From: an uncultured Acidobacteriota bacterium
Lineage (GTDB): Bacteria > Acidobacteriota > Thermoanaerobaculia > Multivoradales > JAHEKO01
Assembly (NCBI GenBank): GCA_963713825.1
Contig: CAVQNG010000003.1
Location: 608,001-672,000 of the forward strand
Direction of reading: 5' to 3'
Length of the DNA stretch: 64,000 nucleotides
Below, piece after piece: positions 61,845 through 64,000 of the stretch. The first letter of the stretch is position 1. Every line of letters starts with the position of its first letter. The translations under genes and the position numbers were made by a program. The notes under the pieces are model-generated. The model saw only the letters and a list, made by a program, of their open reading frames with translations, did no database searches and was not told the DNA's origin.

Positions 61845-62717
61845 ATGCCACGCCTCTTGGTCCTCACCACTCTCCCCCATCGCCGGCCTAAGAGCCATCA
61901 ATTCGAGCGAGTCAACGGTCGGCACTCCCTTCGTATGTGTGCTCCTCGACTGGTGGGGCTACCCTACGGTTCGTATCCCCGGCTGCTTCTCGTCTACCTG
62001 ACCACTGAAGCGGTTCGTACCAAGAGCCCAGAGATCTATCTCGGCGCTACACCCAACGGTCTGGCTCGCAAGCTCGCTCTGTCGACTATTAGTGGGCCAC
62101 GAGGCACCGCGCAGCGGCTCGCGGATCAGCTCCGCCGGCTCCTATCGACACGATGGGGCTGGCGATCGTATGAGGACACTTGCACCGGGGCCCGAAGTCA
62201 ACGCTTCGTATCCACATCCAATCCGTCCTTGCAAGCACTCGCCTCAAGCCTTCTCTTGCGTCGATCGACTTGGGATCCCAGGGTGGTTCTCGACCGTCAC
62301 TTCTTCAGGGAGATCACCCGTTCCGCGGTCCCCGTGGATCTGCGAGCGATCCGCCGCTTGCGCGGCTCACCCCTGGCAATCGACCTCTACGTGTGGCTTA
62401 CCTACCGGATGAGCTATCTAAGAAAGCCGACGTCGATTCCCTGGGAGAGTCTCGAGGCCCAGTTCGGAGCCGACTATTCCCGCCGGCGAGACTTCCGGCG
62501 CAAGGCCTTGGTGCATCTCGAAGATGTCCTTCGGGTCTACCCCACTGCCCGACTTGGCCAGGTTGATTCCGGACTGCTTCTCCATCCATCTCCTCCGCAC
62601 GTCCCGCCCTCGAAGGGCCCCCTTTCCCTACCATTCACTCATCCGTCTGGGAATTGGGGACTTCTTCCAGGGGAAAGAGAATCCTCCTCGATTGGGATCC
62701 CGGCAATGAACCAATGA
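61845..62717 (+). CDS. repA: Plasmid-type replication initiator (RepA_C family), possibly degenerate
   Basis: GLPYGSYPRLLL.YLTTEAVRTKS, SPLAIDLYVWLTYR, IPWESLEAQFGADY...RDFRRK and LLLHPSPPHV; start uncertain (frame open from 61683). Confidence 0.75.
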   Translation: MPRLLVLTTLPHRRPKSHQFERVNGRHSLRMCAPRLVGLPYGSYPRLLLVYLTTEAVRTKSPEIYLGATPNGLARKLALSTISGPRGTAQRLADQLRRLLSTRWGWRSYEDTCTGARSQRFVSTSNPSLQALASSLLLRRSTWDPRVVLDRHFFREITRSAVPVDLRAIRRLRGSPLAIDLYVWLTYRMSYLRKPTSIPWESLEAQFGADYSRRRDFRRKALVHLEDVLRVYPTARLGQVDSGLLLHPSPPHVPPSKGPLSLPFTHPSGNWGLLPGERESSSIGIPAMNQ

Positions 62718-62720
62718 ATC

Positions 62721-62864
62721 TCAAGGCGGATGAGGTTTTGACCAGGGACACCTACAGAGTTGACTCGTTTCCCGCAGCCAGGCGGGCTGGCAAACTCGAC
62801 GGACCCAGACTCCTGGCCTCACCAGCCACCCACTTCAAGGCAGACGGGGTTTTGACGAGGGACA
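62721..62864 (+). repeat. Two direct 30-bp copies of an IS-terminus-like sequence
   Basis: TCAAGGCGGATGAGGTTTTGACCAGGGACA (62721-62750) and TCAAGGCAGACGGGGTTTTGACGAGGGACA (62835-62864), 26/30 identical; both end in ACA (TGT on the other strand). Confidence 0.6.
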
Positions 62865-63106
62865 GCTTGAGCTTTCGAGCGTACTGAGCACCAAACTTCC
62901 GAGACCACTGTCGGATGGTCTCGTAGGACACGATGACGCCCCGCTTGGCGAGGAGGTCTTCGACATCTCGGAAGCTCAAACAGAATCGGTAGTAGAGCCA
63001 AACAGCGTGGCTGATGACCTCGGGCGGGAACCGGTATTCGCGGTAGCTCGGTGTTTTGGCGTTCATCGGCGCAGTCTGCCAGGCAACGCCTCAACTTGAC
63101 ACTACC
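62865..63106 (-). mobile_element. Truncated IS6-family element (left IR plus transposase N-terminus)
   Basis: YRFPPEVISHAVWLYYRFCLSFRDVEDLLAKRGVIVSYETIRQW..KFG (ATG 63066); IR GGTAGTGTCAAGTTGA at 63106-63091; cut at the 62864 IS end. Confidence 0.85.
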
Positions 63107-63423
63107 GTGCAAACCGTCGGACCAGCGGTTTTCCCGCCTCTGGAGGCGCTTTGGGAGACTCGCTGGGGGCGGGCTCGTCCGAGACACGGCGGGGAGTTCG
63201 GTAGTATGGCCTCCAATCCTGGGTCTGGAACTGGAAGAGGGAGCCAAATGGCAAATCTCGGATTAGACGAAGGCTGGTATACCGCGTTTCGAGCCTCAGA
63301 GAGGTCACGTGGGTTCGAATCGCGTTTAGGACACAAATACACACCAAGATTGGGTACACGAAGATGGTGTATCTGAATTTGACTGGTTGAGTGCGCTCGG
63401 CGGAGGCCTCGGAAGGGAGTGCA

Positions 63424-64000
63424 ATGTCGATGAACAAGTCGGAAGAAGAGCCGGTCCCGATCGGCGCGGGACGGGGGGCGCACTACTGGGGTCGCTTCTA
63501 TGCCCTGCTCAGCATCGCGGCGATCGTGGCGACGATCGGACTCCTTTCCAACTCCGGTGCGATCGTCATTGCCGGCATGCTCCTCGCGCCGCTGATGGAG
63601 CCGATCCTCGGGATCTCCTCCACGCTGGTTCAGGGCTATCTCGGACGGGTTGTTCGCCTGCTCGGTGCAACGCTCGTGGCCGCGATCGTCACGGTCGCCT
63701 GGGGCTACGTCATCCTGGTGGTCTTCGACATCCCAAGTGGCGTGGAGATCCCCTCCGAGGTGATGTCGCGTACCAGTCCGGGCCTCCCGGATCTCCTCGT
63801 GGCGCTCGTGGCCGGCATCGCTGGGTCCTACGTACAGATGCGCCGCGAGGAGGCTGGCCTGCTACCGGGCGTCGCCATCGGCGTATCCCTCGTGCCGCCG
63901 CTGGCGGCTTCGGGGATGCTGCTGTACTTCGACCAGCCCGCGCTCGCCGGGGAGGCGGCACTGCTCTTCCTCACCAACCTCGCCGCCATCGTGCTTTCGG
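63424..64000 (+). CDS. DUF389 domain membrane protein (runs off the right edge)
   Basis: IVATIGLLSNSGAIVIAGMLLAPLMEPI, SRTSPGLPDLLVALVAGIAG, LPGVAIGVSLVPPL and LLFLTNL; GGGAG RBS. Confidence 0.88.
   Translation, partial: MSMNKSEEEPVPIGAGRGAHYWGRFYALLSIAAIVATIGLLSNSGAIVIAGMLLAPLMEPILGISSTLVQGYLGRVVRLLGATLVAAIVTVAWGYVILVVFDIPSGVEIPSEVMSRTSPGLPDLLVALVAGIAGSYVQMRREEAGLLPGVAIGVSLVPPLAASGMLLYFDQPALAGEAALLFLTNLAAIVLS

Noticed and set aside
63295-63340. tRNA-like GGGTTCGAATC motif
   Set aside because: No matching T-stem, acceptor stem or CCA; probably chance

Overview
GC-rich bacterial chromosome segment, probably Acidobacteriota (Thermoanaerobaculia-like). This is inferred from an Oar-type TonB-dependent receptor, an acidobacterial-type VWA protein and a C-terminal FADGFESG motif. 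About 50 protein genes cover peptide and amino-acid scavenging (sigma54-type promoter, TonB receptor, M29 aminopeptidase, OPT transporter, Leu/Phe/Val dehydrogenase, glutamine synthetase), RND efflux, an 11-repeat surface protein, a wHTH-linked uppS operon, and a HupE/PPIase/arylsulfatase block. The strongest signals: (1) an unannotated 61-aa membrane ORF with an in-frame UGA followed 11 nt later by an fdhF-like SECIS hairpin, i.e. a candidate selenoprotein; (2) an archaeal-type gatE-gatD amidotransferase operon in a clearly bacterial context; (3) a dispersed, modular intergenic repeat family (constant linker plus swappable hairpins, and MITE-like units) that supplies the stop codons of two genes; (4) a tRNA-Leu 3' fragment flanked by arm-like direct repeats, next to a RepA gene and IS debris, marking an integrative-element boundary near the right end. 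Three genes carry single frameshifts that may be assembly errors. All family assignments come from motif recognition, not database searches.
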